Shown in pieces: positions 49,796 to 61,206 of a stretch of DNA of 64,000 nucleotides. The stretch covers positions 5,270,001-5,334,000 of the forward strand of contig NC_087437.1 of assembly GCF_036321535.1 (NCBI RefSeq). The letters run 5' to 3'. Numbering within the stretch: the first letter of the stretch is position 1; every line of letters begins with the position of its first letter. A model generated the notes under the pieces. The model did not search any database and was not told the DNA's origin. It worked only from the letters and a program-made list of their open reading frames with translations. Source of the DNA: Camelus dromedarius. Taxonomy: Eukaryota. Made by a program: the position numbers and the translations under genes.

Positions 49796-51327
49796 AAGAT
49801 TGAACACACACATGTTCAATCTTTGGAGACAGCACCTGACAACAGTGCCTTGAAAGCTGTGGGGGTATGGGGGCTGTCATGGGTGCCCCCAAAGCCCATT
49901 CAGTCTCCAGCTGCACTAGCAGGAGCCCAGGTCCAGCTTTAGGCAGACCAGGTTCTCTGCGGCTGCTCTCCCGGACGTCTGCACCGTCGGGATCCCAGGA
50001 TGCTGTGCGGGTGAGCCCCTGGGGGGCGGATCTTCTGTGTTCCCACAGCCGTTCAGGTCAGTTAGACCCAAGGTCAGAGTCAAACGTCTTAACGTAAATG
50101 ATTTAAACGGAGAGGAAGGGCAACAGAAGGTGCTTCTAGGAAAACTAAGTCGAATGCTTGGAAGGGACTCAGCAGAGGACAGTTGCTTAACAATAACTGT
50201 GGCCAAGTTAGATGTGGGGGAGGGGGCTGGAAAAGACCAGGGAAAAACCAGGAAGACAGAAGGATTCCACGGTCAGATCCGTTTGCTGTACTTTCAAGAC
50301 GCGGACACTGGCCATCGGGGATGCTTTGGTTTATAGAAGAAAGAGGAAGTGGAATTCCAATCAGCAGACCCCTAACTCAGAAAGACTGGCAACCACTTGT
50401 GTATTTACATATTTTATATTAAAATAAAACGTGTAAGGTGTGAATGTGGTTTTCTTTGGTTCTTTTTAGTTGACTTTTCCCATTAACCCACCAGCTCCCA
50501 TACCAAGTGCACCAGCCCAGTGCCTTCCCTGCTGCTGTCTTATGCTCAGTCCTGGCGGCAGATTTCACAAGCAGCACTGATGAGCGAGAGGACACCCTGG
50601 GGGGGGGGGCGGGGAGGACGGAGAAGGCTCTGCCGCTCACGGAGCTCCTGAGGGCGTCCACCAACCCCCACGGGCCCCCCGGCTGAAGGACGCGCAGACT
50701 CAGAGAGAAGACCACGGTCCCTGCTTCCGCCTTTCTGTCTCTTACCCTTTACCTGTTGGTCCCTGTGGTTCCCTGCTTTCGCTTCCAAGAATGACCCTTT
50801 CTGCTCACCCTCTAGACTTTAAACTCAAAGAAAGTAAACAAAATACCTGTGATCAATGCCCTGCAGATGGACTTTCATCCAATTCACAGCTGCCTTTAAT
50901 TTCAGGCCATCGGTTTCCAACTGAGAAAAATGCAGTTATTTGCCCCTGACGCCACACTTCCCCTCGCTTGGCCTCCTCGGTGCTTTCAGAAAGAGATAGA
51001 GGCAGTAGGCAGGCGATCTTTCTAAGGGATGATCCCAGGTGACCAATAAAAGAAAGAGGTATTTACTTACTATATGCCAAGTCCTACCTTCACAACTTTT
51101 TAATACATTATCTCTCTTCATTCTCATCGACTTTGAGAGGCGATGGCCCCATTTATACAAGTGAAACGTGGAAAAGCAAGGAGGGGGTGGTTTCCTTTTC
51201 ATACACTGAGTCAGTCAGAGATAAGGGCCTGGATACCCACCCTGGCCAGACTCTAGAATTTACCTTCTCTTCAACATATTGCACTGTTTGCAAAGCTGGG
51301 AAGAGCCAGGTAGGTTTCCTTGAGAAA

Positions 51328-51398
51328 GTGTGTGTGTGTGTGTGTGTACGTGTGTGTGCGCGCGTGTGTGTGTGCGTGCGTGCGTGCGTGCGCGCACA
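51328..51398. repeat. Compound (TG)n/(CG)n/(TGCG)n microsatellite
   Basis: 71 bp of uninterrupted purine-pyrimidine alternation. Confidence 0.95.
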
Positions 51399-52560
51399 GA
51401 GAGGGAAGCCAGGAAGACGTGGCTGAATCCCAACAGCGCGTCTGCACAGAGAGCTGAAGATATTAATGTGCACATGAGGAAAGAGGGGGAACCGTGAGAA
51501 AAGAGAAAAAGCTGATCAGAACGATTTTGTGGTCAGAGCTCCGGGAGGCTCCGGGAGGACAGGGGTTGTCGGAAAAGCAGGGTCAACTGCAAGTCAGGAG
51601 GGACCTGCCTGGGGCTTGAACGGGAAAGACCTTCCCCGGAGGCCAGAAGGGTGGGGAAGAGAGGAAGTGGCTGGGCCTGGAGGATGGATGTGAGGGAGCT
51701 GGGCAGACACACCCGGAGGGAGGGACGTGCAGGGAGGGCTGTCTGGGGGTCGGGGCAGGGGTCTAACAGAGCCTCTTCCCACAGCTGAGCCAGTGGCAAG
51801 CCCATCCCCGAATGGACACCGCTGGGCTGTGCTGGTGACAGCTGCAGACACGTGGTTCCTTGAAGGCAGGGCTTCTCACCACGGGCTGCACAGGAAACTC
51901 TGGGGGAAAAGCCTGGACATCTATGCTTTCAAAAGCTCTCCAGGTGACCCTGATCCTCACCTCTGAGAGATGCTGGTCTGCCCTTGGGCTGACCCACAAG
52001 GCCTTCACCCACTTCAGGAAGCACTTCCTGGGTGTCTTGAAAAAACAAAGAAGACCACCCCCGCGCCGAGAAGCTCACCGTGAAAGGAGGGAAGTGGATA
52101 AATAAATAAGGATGAGTAAAAAGAAGCCCTAATAGGCTGATGCACAGAGAATCGTGGGAACACAGACGACGAGTCTTTCACCCCAAAGGAGTCTGAAAGG
52201 CTTCCTGGAGGAGGTGACCTGTAAACTGACCCCTGAAGGCTGCCTACACCATCTGCAAAGAGGAAGAGAAACCCACACACCCAGGGGTACCATCTGTCCA
52301 GAAGAGGTCACTTCTCCTTTTGCCTTTGAGAGGTTGATGCTACTAAAAGGGATGGAGGAGGGGGTCACTGTCCACTGATTTGGGGGACACTCCGAAGCGT
52401 ACCAGAGGGAAAAGCAAGTCTGAAGACTTGTGCAGGGAAAACGGGTGAACCACAACATCCAGACCATCACCAGATGAAAATTAGAATCTGTTTCCACCTA
52501 ACTGGATGCTAGTCACACCTGTACATCACAGTGTTGAGATGTGAAGAAAGAAAGGTCTAT

Positions 52561-52760
52561 CCAGTGGTGTGCTGGCCAAGGCTTACAACAGGCTCTCCAG
52601 GGGGGAAAGCCCTAATTTCTAGCATTTGCCAATTTCAACGGTGTAATACTTCCGCCACGGCCAATTTCAAGCTACCGATGCGACTGAATCTGGCCCTGCA
52701 CGAGCAGTTTGGAAGTGACACACAGAGTTGGCTTGGTGGGCTGGTGCATAACCTGGGCCC
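52561..52760. mobile_element. MER63-like hAT DNA transposon relic
   Basis: CCAGTGGTGTGCTGG terminus and gcatttgccaatttc...gccaatttcaagctacc. Confidence 0.6.
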
Positions 52761-53276
52761 ATCACAGGTGGTGAAAACCCTATTTCATTCCCCAGGATTC
52801 CAGGGGAAACGCCAACGCATTCCTGAAGTGCGTGTTTGTGTCAGGGAGGACCCGAAACTAATATCACCCAACAGATCAACACAAAACTAAGAGGTCAAGA
52901 GGGAAAAAGTACAAACATCTGTGGAAGAAATAAAATTGGCAAATAAACCTTATGGAAACCAATCTGCATATCCAGGAAAAGTTTCCAAATAAATCTGAGT
53001 CTTTCCCATTCTAACTTCCTAACCCGGAAAATTGACTTCTTTTTGAAATAAAAAGACAACTGTGTCCTTACTTTAGTCCGTAACCACGTCCCCCCACCCC
53101 CTCCAAAGACATTTTATATGGCAGGTATTCACTCCAGTTTCCCCATCCAGATCACATTTTAAAATTTCAGTATTTTAAAGGCAGAAGAAAGACAAGTCAG
53201 TGGGGGTGCTCTCCCCTCAGGCTCACACAACCACACAAACATCTGGTGAAAGCAGTGTCTACACCGCTCCTTCAGA

Positions 53277-53458
53277 CACTGGTTCTTAAAACTGAGGGAG
53301 CTTCAGAACCCCCCAGAGGGCTTGTTAACACCCAGACGGCTGGGCCCACCTCCAGGGCTTCCGATTCCGCAGCCCCAGGGCAGGGCCCAGGAATCTGCAT
53401 TTCTAGCAGCTCCCCAGGTCCTGCTGCTGGTCCTGGGACCACACTTGGAGAATCACCT
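53277..53458. mobile_element. MER5A-like hAT element
   Basis: ggttcttaaa...gggcttgttaa...gctgggcccacc...gggcccaggaatctgcatttcta...gggaccacacttggagaa. Confidence 0.8.
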
Positions 53459-55098
53459 TCTTAGATGATTCTCGATCACTGCCATGAAGTCATGTTTCCT
53501 GTGGAAACCATAAAGTCCGCCTTCCACAGCCATTTTACTGTGCAGACAGCAAGGGACTGGACACACATCCCTGTGGCCTGCCCATTGCGTGTTCAAGAAA
53601 CCACGTTTCTGGTGTCGCTGATGCAGCCGCGGGTCACAGGGCAAACTGCACACCGTGGCAGGTGGGGGCAGGGCAGCAAGCACAGGCCTGCTTGCTCGGG
53701 TCCTTAGGGCCGCAGCCCTGCATAGATGACCTTCTGTGTCCCATCACCGGGGCCACCCTCCGCCAGCCACTGCGGGCAGGGTGAACGGACCACCCCCATC
53801 TCACAGCTGAGGAATTTAGGGTCCTGATGGGAGTAGGGGGTGGGGGGTGACCCGCCCACCCTTGACTGCCTTTTGACAGTACCTCACTTCTTCCGCACCC
53901 CATTTCCAGTTAGAGGACCAGGATCGGGGGGTGCAAATCAGGTCACCACCTCCTGACTGTCTTTACTTCACATGCCCGTGGCACTCCTGGCCCCTAACCT
54001 AACTGGCCCCAGATGCTGTGTGTTTGCAACTCCTGTTTCAGAGTTTTTTTGTGGACTCTGTTCTGTCTCATTTGCAAGCAGCTCTTTCCCATCCCTGCTC
54101 AGATGCAGACTGCACCCAACAGCCCTGCTCCCCACTTTAGGCCTGCTGGGAATGGTGTCTGTGGGGTGCCCCCCGGCCCAAGGCGAGGGCCTGGCCGCAG
54201 GCTGCAAGGATGTGGGAGCATCTGCTGTCTGGTGGGTCCCAGCATCCCACCCTCTCCACAAAGAGCTGCATCCTCATCTGTCTCCCTTGGGCACAGAGAC
54301 TGGGGTCCACCCTCGGAGTGACACCAGCCCTGTGTTTCTCCCAAGGCTTCCTCAAGAACATACAGCCTTCCAATGGCTGCTCCCTTTACCTCCCAGATGC
54401 CAGGGTGTACAAAAGACTAGTCTAACAAGTCCACGTGTCCACAGCTGGAGAAATGCACTTCAACGCACACTGGCAAACCTTGGAAAGAATTCGGCCCTTC
54501 CCAAATCCCAGCAGAATGTCACAAGGTTTGAGGAATTCCTCCACTCACAGCAATTAGGTGGCCTCGCAGATCAACACTTCTTACAGACACCCTTCAGCAC
54601 TTAATGGGTCGGGGACCTAACCCCTCCATGCCTCAGTTTCCTCATCTATAAAATGGGGGCATTTACTCATAGGCCCATCGGGAAGGGGAAAAGCCCATGT
54701 GCAGGTAGATTTTTTCTCAGGATGCCTGGCAGGGGTGCCTTGGAGTCTAGCTCCAATAATAATGCTGCTTTTGTGATTACGGAGGCCACAAACTACGTGT
54801 CTGCCTCACTTGTGTCCCTCAGAGCTTTTAAATGAACAAAAGAAGAATCTTTCTACACAATGGTCTGGCACACACAGTGTGTTTTTTCCCCTACAGAAAG
54901 GGAAAAGTGGGGTTCACTCCCCGACTTGGCGGGCGGGGGGTTGACACAGGAGTGGGGGGAAGGATGAAAGGGGTCCTCGCAGGGTCTAGGGAGGTCAGGG
55001 GAAAGCCACGTTCAACAGCAGCCAGGCTCAGAGGGAAGAAGACGATAAAACAATCACTGTCCAAACAAGAACAGCCCGGCTGCCAGTCCCACACTTAC

Positions 55099-55214
55099 TT
55101 CCAGGACCGTCCACTGTTCCACAACAATAGCGTCGTAGCCCTGCACGGCTCTGCTATCTTCTGCGGAAACAGCTTCAAAGATGAATACTCCATCTGTCAA
55201 GCCGTGTAAGGAAT
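55099..55214 (-). CDS. RFTN1: RFTN1 coding exon (most upstream RFTN1 exon in this window)
   Basis: Long polypyrimidine tract, ccacAG acceptor (55215-55216) and GTAAGT donor (55097-55098). 116 nt encoding (D)SLHGLTDGVFIFEAVSAEDSRAVQGYDAIVVEQWTVLE. Confidence 0.97.
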
Positions 55215-56106
55215 CTGTGGAAAAAAGAAAAGGCGGGAGGGAGGGGGAGGGAGAATTCTGTAAACCGTCTGTGGCCTTACAAGAAGCAAAAATGTTCACT
55301 GCATTCATTAATAATCCCAATCAGAACATCTTTTCAGCATGTTAATTAAAGAAGGCACACACAGCCATAGAGTCTAGCCCCATCAGAATGAATGAGACTA
55401 ATTTACCTCGCAGCTCTGAATAATATCCTTGATTTTATGAGCCCAAATTTCATTGTTAGCAATCACCATTTGATTTCACGCGGTTACCTTCCTTTTTCAC
55501 GCTCCGACGTCAGGATACACCCGGGGGGAACTTATTCAGGGTAAAATGCAGTCATGGAGAGACAGTTTTTAGAGGAAGACTGTGTTGAGGTGAGAGAAAT
55601 CATTTTTAAGGGGGGACAGATGTCATGCAGCAGATCTGGGCTCCCAGACGCAGTCCAGATGTGCTGATGTCTGGGGGACGTGGGTCTGTAACGCAGAACT
55701 TTAGGCAGCTCTTGTCAGGAGGTGAAATCTGCGGAAAGGGTTTCCCTGGACATTGCTATTGTGAATGGTAAGGTTCTGAGTTTTGTACAATTCAACAGAA
55801 CCGTCTCAGGCAATGAGGGTATCAAGAAAAATACAAGAGGGTCCTTGCCCCTGAAGAAGACTTTAAAGGAGACACTTTTTTTGTTTGTTTGTTTAATGGC
55901 TCCTACTAAATCCCCTAGATTCACTTAGATAAGAGATTGTGGGAAAGAGGCCTGGATTCGGAAGCAGGTGCTTTGGGCCCATGCTCTGCCCGAAAAGGGA
56001 TGTGCCCGTCTCAGGGGCTCGGGCTGCTATCTGTGAAAGGGGACTGTGGACAGACAATCCCTCCTGGCCCCTAGACTGTTTTCTACAAACCGCCACTCAG
56101 TCACAC

Positions 56107-57140
56107 TGTTCTGGCCTGAACTATGTCCCAACCCCACCACCCCCAACTCAAACGTAGAGGCTCTAACTTCTGAAGTGACTATGAGACCAGAAGGGGGCAG
56201 GGCACAGCCTTTCAAGGAATGCTACAGCAATTAACATCAAAATGGTGAAAGATTCAACCCCCAGGAGGCCTTGAGGCTCAAGATGATGGGAGATTTAACT
56301 TCTAGTAGGCCTTGAGCTTCATTATATGCTTATTGTAATATGTTAGCATGATGAAAACTTGCCTACAGCTGCCATGGCAGTCCCAAGGCTAGCCACAAAT
56401 GGTCAAAGAGTGAGAAATGGCCAGCTTCCTGGGAATCCCAGCCCCTTCCCCAGGCTAGTTAGACTGGTCCTTCTACTTATTTGCATATGAAGCCACCAAG
56501 CCCATAAAAATGGGCAACTCTGCCCTTCACGGCCACTGCCTCCCCCAACCCCCATTTGGAGACAGCCCACACTGTCTATGGAGTGTGTACGTACTTTTAA
56601 TCTGAGCACCCAACCCCCACACCTCGTGGCCTTTCTCTTGCCTTCCAATGTATCTCTCTGAATAAATCTACCTTCACTCAACTGTGGCTCGCTCCTGAAT
56701 TCTTTCTGGTGTGAAGCCAAGGACCCTCACTTGGCGGGGCACATCCCAGGGGCTCAACTGAAGCCTGGGACACGGCCCTTCTCACGCCCCACATCCGTTT
56801 TTCCTGCATCAACTACATTTGGAGATAGGGCCTTTCGGAGGGTAATTAAGGTTCAGTGAGGTCATGAGGGTGGGCCCAGGACCAACAGGACTGATGTCCT
56901 TAAAAGAAGAAGAGACACCAGGGCACCCCCAACGAGTCCCCACCCCTGACCTCGCACAAAAGAAAGGCCATGTGAGGACGCAGAGAAAGTGGCAGTCTGC
57001 AAGCAAGGAAATGGGGCCTCCCCCAAAACCAAACTTGCCAGCACCCTGATCACAGACGTCCAGCCTCCTGAACCACAAGAAAATAAATGTCTCTCATTTA
57101 AGCCAGCCCATCCATGGTGTTTTGTGATGGGACATGATTA
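56107..57140 (+). mobile_element. MLT1A-like MaLR LTR split by an ERV1 LTR (arms 56107-56181 and 56812-57140)
   Basis: gtgacta|catttggagatagggccttt...ggtaattaagg...gaggtcat reads continuously across the insertion; ends aaataaatgtc...tttaagcca. Confidence 0.85.
56182..56811 (+). mobile_element. ERV1-class solo LTR, MER41-like
   Basis: TG...CA ends with perfect 4-bp TSD ACTA (56178-56181, 56812-56815). TATA-like CATAAAAA at about 56503, tgtctatggagt, AATAAA 56661-56666, then ctcgctcctgaattctttct...gaagccaaggaccct, as recalled for MER41-family LTRs. Confidence 0.85.
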
Positions 57141-57352
57141 AGGAAGTACTATTTTTATTTTAAAAGACCAATTCGCACATCAATGTGATCTTTTCTTTAT
57201 CAGGAATAGAAAAGTGACCAATTCAGAAAGCCCCTTGAGTCATGCTGGAGTTCAGGAACTGTCCCCATTTTCCAGAAGTCACTAAGAAAAAGACCAACAG
57301 ATAAAAACCCACAGCGGTCCTTAGCTTCTGTCTTCCAAAAGACCTCATTAGC

Positions 57353-57418
57353 CAGTAAAGTGCATGCTTAGAATGCACGAGGTCCTGGGTTCAATCCCCA
57401 GTACCTCCATTAAAAAAA

Positions 57419-57450
<32 letters not shown>
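57353..57450 (+). mobile_element. 5'-truncated tRNA-derived SINE with (TA)n tail
   Basis: gtgcatgcttagaatgcacgaggtcctgggttcaatccccagtacctcc plus A-run plus (TA)n. Confidence 0.85.
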
Positions 57451-60400
57451 TAGCAGAGCTGCCTCAATGGAGCCGTTCTTGCCAACCCGCAAATAGGCAA
57501 GAATAAATTATTACTGTTTTAAGCCAATGAGCTCTAGAGTGGTTTGTTACACAGCACGACTGTGGCAGTAGCTGGCTGATACAACGTCCAACCCAAACCT
57601 AAGAAACATGAGATCAGTGAACTTTGCTATAGCCTCAGGATATTCCTGATCATTGCAGATCTGATCAATCCAGAATAACAGAGGGGCCTGACCAGCTTGA
57701 CAAACCACTGCTGTGAGCAGAATTCCTGGAGCACAGCAGTCCCACCCTGGTATTACTCCTCCCCGACCAGACGACACTCCACTTCAAGTCAGATCCCTGT
57801 GGGTTAATCAATATTATGCTCCATTTAAAAATTTGTTTCCTATATGGAGAGTCTGTTATGAAACAGCCTTTGCAAAAGTACTAAGCTGGCCTCTCTCGTC
57901 TACTCGGCTAAAAAGTTTCCCCCAGGTGTCTGTGCAATGCTCTCCTAAGACATTTTACGTAGGTGACCAGGGAAGAAGAAACTTCTCTTTGGCTGAGTCA
58001 CATTATACATATCTTGGGGTCCAGGACAAGCATGGACCCTAGCCCAGCTCACATTCAGAGTTCTGGGTGACACAGGACCGACTGGAGTGAGTCTGCCACT
58101 GTAGGAATGCCCTCTGGAACCCCTCTGAATAAAGCTTTCCCAAGTCCTGACCTGGGATGCCTCGGACCCGAAGATACTCACTGATTCCTTCAGTATTATA
58201 TCAACACAGCACAAATTTCTTCAAGGCTTTTACAGAAACATGTTATACCCAATTTCCAAAGCCTGCCTACAGCTCTTCTTAATGGAAAGCCTCCAGGCCC
58301 TTTAAACGTGCCGACCACGTGCTCTAAGTATCAGCGAGCCCAACCTGATGAGCGTATCAGCACTCAGCAGAAGAGCTGAGGTCCAGAACGGTGAAGGAGA
58401 CGATGATATAGCCCATCCGGACTTCCCTTCCTGCCCTCCGCCTGGCATCCCTTCCTTTCCCTGTCCCCCTCCCCTGAGTCACAGGCCCAGGGGGAGGGCT
58501 GCATGGTCCAGGCTCGGGGATGTGAAGTAGGAACAAACCAGGTCCTAATTTACCATCCTCCTCCCTCAGAGCCTGCCTCCAGCCTCTCAGCCCACGGCTC
58601 TGTTACTCTGAACCCAGAGTGCTGATTCACCCACTTAACTGCCGAGCCAGTTCAGAAGGGCTGTCAAAACCTGGTCATCTGCAACAGCAAAAATAGTCCA
58701 TGAACCACAGAGAGCAGACAGCCAGGCTTTTAAAGAGCCCCTTGTTTTGACGGTCCTGTCCACTACCCATCTCCTCATCACCTTCTGGGGTCGGGCCTGC
58801 TGTAACGTGCTCCGAGCCGGTATGGGTAAGTCCCTCCGAGAGGGCAGCTCCCTGTGCAAAAAGGTGAACCCACTCTCCATCCACGGATAACGCTCATTAT
58901 CACTGCATTTTTCATGAAGGGAAAGATGCTCCCCTACTGTGCACAGAAAGCTATCTGCCCTGGCATTGTATAAATATTTGATGCCAGGCTTTTGGCAAAA
59001 GGCCACCTTAACTTTCTGAGCTTCTGAGTTACAAGAAGGATGTGGGAAAAGGCAATCTGTCCCATTATCCCAAGAGGTAACTTCCGTGGGGCAACCACAG
59101 CCCCTGGCACAGGGAGATTCCGTCTAGCAAGCTGGCCTTCAAGACTCACCCTAGGTGAGCTGCTCTTTTTCCCAAGTCCAACCTGAAACCCTCACGCCAT
59201 GACAAGTGGTCGCTGTGTGCGGTCTATTGGAAAATGCTACCGTTCTTTCACAAAGCTAGGATGGTCTAAATTGCCCATGCTGGGGGTCGCTGGAATACAT
59301 GTCCTTGGCCCCTGAACACCCTTTTCCCCCACCAGCACGGTGCTCACCCCACTCGCTGGGTTCCAGCATTGGTGTGCACCAGCCATGATCCCACATGTTA
59401 TTACAAAGACGTGCAACCGCATTGCGAAGGCAATCGACCAACCAGGGTGATGAGACCGTGTGTCTCCCCCATCACGTCACGGCTAATCTGCCAAAAGAAG
59501 GGAGCAGGCTTGCTGCCCCTCCCTATTCTGCAGCCCTCACGGCTGCTCCTGGCCTGCCCTCCCTCCTGCACTCCTTGTTTGACGTGGTGAATAAGCCAGA
59601 GGAGGTGATACTCCGCTCCAATCCCAGTAAAGGTTCGCCTGCAAATTCAGTGTCATTTAATCCACCAGACGGGGAGGACACGCCCCGATTTGGTGCTTGC
59701 CGGCTACGAGGCCCACGCCAGGCATGGTTCGTGGTTTCTCATCGCAACCTCCCCCCAGTTCTGCAAAGGTTATCGTTCCCCCTCAGTGGGTGAGAAAATG
59801 CCAGTCACAGGAGTGAAATCACGTGTCCACGTTCAAGTGAACACCACGGCCAATCTCCATCTGAAATATGGTTTCTTTGGTTCCAAAGCCTACGTTCTTT
59901 TAACAGCTGAGTATGTTCTTTCAACAGCTGAGAGAGATTTTATCAAATCACCAGAACAACGGGCCCGGCGATGAGCAGCCCAGGTGTCCAGCCTGGTGGA
60001 GGCGGTGTGCTCTGACCACTGGGCAGCACTTCCTGCCTTCGTGGTTTGCATGGCATCTCAGTGGATTTGCAGTGAGGTGGCCTTATGGCTTCTGTTTGGG
60101 GCCAAATCTGTGCAGATGCCATGCCTTCCTGCATGGGGCCCCAAGAGAACAAAGTTACGCGTGTAAACGGATAAGCCATGTATATCACACAAGGGATGGT
60201 ATAGAGCCGTGAGGAAGAACGATCCACAATGACATGGGAAAAGGTGGATGAATATTACAAAGAGAATGAGGGGGAAAAAGCCAAATACAAGAAAGAAAGG
60301 CTCCACTCACATAAAGTTCACGCCTTAATTATGATGCTCTGGGTCAGTGCTGCGGTCGCCCTCGGGGAGAGGGACAGTGAGGGCTGTGAGGGCGACTCTG

Positions 60401-61117
60401 ATGGGGCTGGCGTGTTCTGTTTCTCAGTCTGGTGCTGGCTGCACAGGTGTGCCTACCTTGTGAAAATCCACTGAGCTGTGTACCCTTAGGATCCGCACAG
60501 GTTTCTGAACGCGCACTAGATCACAGGCAAGAGCTGACTTAAAGACGTGCCACGGACGGAAGAAAAAAATGATTTAACTGCCTAAGTGAAATCTACCCCC
60601 TACATTAATTACTAAGTGGTTCCCCTGAAATAGAAGCCACGACTGTCCCCACTGGGCCAATGTGCCCGGAGACCACGGTGTGCCAAGGTTGTGGCCGTGA
60701 ACCACCTGGAACCTCATTCGCCCCTGCTCCCCCAATCTGCAGGGGCCTGGTGCTGCACACCCCAACACCAGCTTCCCCTCCCTCACTATGGCATTATTGA
60801 GCATCATCCAGAAACCTTTACTGGGTGCCTTCTGTATACAGTGCACTTCTGTGTACAGGCACTGGGACACTAACAGGTACAGGCAGCAGGCCCAGCAGGG
60901 TTTGCAAATATGTCTGCATAAAATATGTGTCCTATGTGTACTTATTTGAGCGATGTGCATGGCTTTTACATATGTATTCTGCAAATAAAGATACTTTCAT
61001 TTACGCTACGCATCAAAAAAGGTGGTATAAATACCAAATGGTATTTGGATTTACATGCAGCTGGGACATCAGAGAGAGTTTAAGGGAAACCTAATCTTTA
61101 CAAAGGTAGGCAAGGAG

Positions 61118-61206
61118 TGGGGAGGGTATAGCTTAGGGGTAGAGTGTGTGCTTAGCACGCACGAGGTCCTGGGTTCAATCCCCAGCACCTCCATTAAAAA
61201 AAAAAA
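61118..61206 (+). mobile_element. tRNA-Ala-derived SINE (Vic-1-like), short form
   Basis: TSD AAAGGTAGGCAA at 61102-61113 and 61207-61218; poly(A) tail. Confidence 0.92.
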
